From: Alphaproteobacteria bacterium
GTDB lineage: Bacteria; Pseudomonadota; Alphaproteobacteria; RF32; CAG-239
Length of the DNA: 64,000 nt
Direction of reading: 5' to 3'
Assembly (NCBI GenBank): GCA_045603405.1
Contig: JAZUMA010000032.1
Coordinates: forward strand, 64,102 to 128,101
Shown piece after piece: positions 63,242 through 64,000 of the stretch. A program made the translations under genes and the position numbers. The notes under the pieces were generated by a model. That model did no database searches, was not told the origin of the DNA, and was given only the letters and a program-made list of their open reading frames with translations. The first letter of the stretch is position 1. Each line of letters starts with the position of its first letter.

Positions 63242-63913
63242 ATGGGTTTTATAAAAAATATAAAAAAGGAGATAAAAGTCATACGGGAGCGTGACCCGGC
63301 AATACATTCCAATATGGAAGTGTTTTTGTATCCGAGTTTTAAAGTAATGATCCGATATCGTATGGCCCATAAATTGTATAAAAAGGGACACTATTTCTGG
63401 GCAAGATGGATTAGCCAGCGTGCGGTTAGAAAAACAGGGATTGAAATCCATCCCGGTGCAACAATTGGTGAAGGACTCTTTATAGACCATGGAAATGGTG
63501 TTATCATAGGAGAAACGGCAATTATCGGAAATAACTGTACGTTGTATCAAGGTGTTACCCTGGGGGGTACAGGTAAGGAACATGGAAAAAGACACCCGAC
63601 CCTTGGGGATAACGTAATGGTAAGTGCCGGAGCTAAAGTGTTGGGCTCCTTTAAGATAGGAGATAATTCCAAAATAGGTGCCGGAAGCGTGGTGCTGGAA
63701 GAAGTACCGCCAAATTCTACCGTAGTCGGTGTCCCGGGACGTGTGGTGCGAAGAAATAATTTAAAGCTGCCACAGGAGGAACTGGACCAGACAAACCTTC
63801 CGGACCCGGTGGAAGAAGAATTTGCCAATATAAGGGAAGAAAACCAAGCTTTGCGTGAACGGATTATTAAGCTTGAAAACCTGGTGGAAGCATTTATCCA
63901 GAACCAGCAGTGA
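63242..63913 (+). CDS. cysE: serine O-acetyltransferase (second copy in the window, Firmicutes-like)
   Basis: It contains [47 protein letters not shown], hexapeptide repeats, and a coiled C-terminal tail. A GAAGGAG SD is present. Confidence 0.9.
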   Translation: MGFIKNIKKEIKVIRERDPAIHSNMEVFLYPSFKVMIRYRMAHKLYKKGHYFWARWISQRAVRKTGIEIHPGATIGEGLFIDHGNGVIIGETAIIGNNCTLYQGVTLGGTGKEHGKRHPTLGDNVMVSAGAKVLGSFKIGDNSKIGAGSVVLEEVPPNSTVVGVPGRVVRRNNLKLPQEELDQTNLPDPVEEEFANIREENQALRERIIKLENLVEAFIQNQQ

Positions 63914-63953
63914 TTGGTTAACATAATTATTTTAGAATAGGAGACTAACTAGC

Positions 63954-64000
63954 ATGGAAAATAAATTTTCGTTTTATAACACATTAAGTAAAAAAGTTGA
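63954..64000 (+). CDS. cysS: cysteinyl-tRNA synthetase, 5' end only (partial)
   Basis: Own translation: MENKFSFYNTLSKKV.., resembling the CysRS N-terminus (..LYNTLTR.K). An AGGAGA SD lies 8 nt upstream. Gene order is cysE then cysS behind a T-box. Confidence 0.6.
   Translation, partial: MENKFSFYNTLSKKV

Noticed and set aside
63134-63924. Antisense ORFs 63134..63595 and 63547..63924; also 41747..42175, 42412..42750, 60937..61317, 49299..49628, 17595..17945 and similar
   Set aside because: These are shadow ORFs opposite well-supported genes (cysE, lpxI, lpxB, ispF, ftsK-like, ackA). They have no independent motifs or SDs.
57100-64000. Using G+C content or Arg codon choice to prove the lineage break at 57.1 kb
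   Set aside because: Spot counts give about 35-48% G+C downstream, overlapping the upstream housekeeping range, and CGT/CGC and AGA codons occur on both sides. The break is argued from gene and regulatory content instead, and needs computational k-mer and taxonomy checks.

Overview
Bases 1 to about 57,040 read as an AT-rich diderm chromosome segment. It carries lpxI-lpxB, lepB and psd, plus a GAAC-N7-GAAC direct-repeat SOS box over the lexA -10 element, which is the alphaproteobacterial type. Gene content is mostly housekeeping: proS, lexA, mtnN, pgi, lepB, cysE, prs, rsmB, ackA, dut, trkH, psd, htpX, hppA, lpxI-lpxB-comEC, accB-accC, an ftsK-like gene and htpG. Three CCA-encoding tRNAs are present (Ser-UGA, initiator fMet, Phe-GAA). 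No rRNA genes or CRISPR arrays were seen.

Two very AT-rich accessory loci stand out:
- A 3.1 kb islet next to tRNA-fMet is bracketed by a 103-nt direct repeat that includes the last 8 nt of the tRNA. One repeat copy is split by an IS200/IS605 element. The islet carries a translationally coupled pair: a sensor-less GGDEF/Cas10-palm (mCpol-like) cyclase and a divergent S66 (LD-carboxypeptidase/MccF-like) hydrolase. A prolyl aminopeptidase gene is also present.
- An orphan 734-aa protein has two R-x4-H HEPN motifs (tandem HEPN, Cas13-like in active-site logic) but no CRISPR array or MNT antitoxin partner.

tRNA-Phe also carries a 78-nt duplication containing its 3' end. A conserved hairpin motif recurs at three tRNA-linked sites.

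From about 57.1 kb to the end the content switches to a Firmicutes-like set, all on the + strand. This includes a tRNA-Met without encoded CCA, a hemerythrin-HIT fusion, an SH3b/transglutaminase-like lipoprotein, ispF, an Rpn/PD-(D/E)XK transposase-like gene, and a Cys T-box leader upstream of a second cysE followed by cysS. This suggests a contig junction, a chimeric assembly or a very large foreign block. All calls come from reading the sequence and ORF translations only; no database searches were run.
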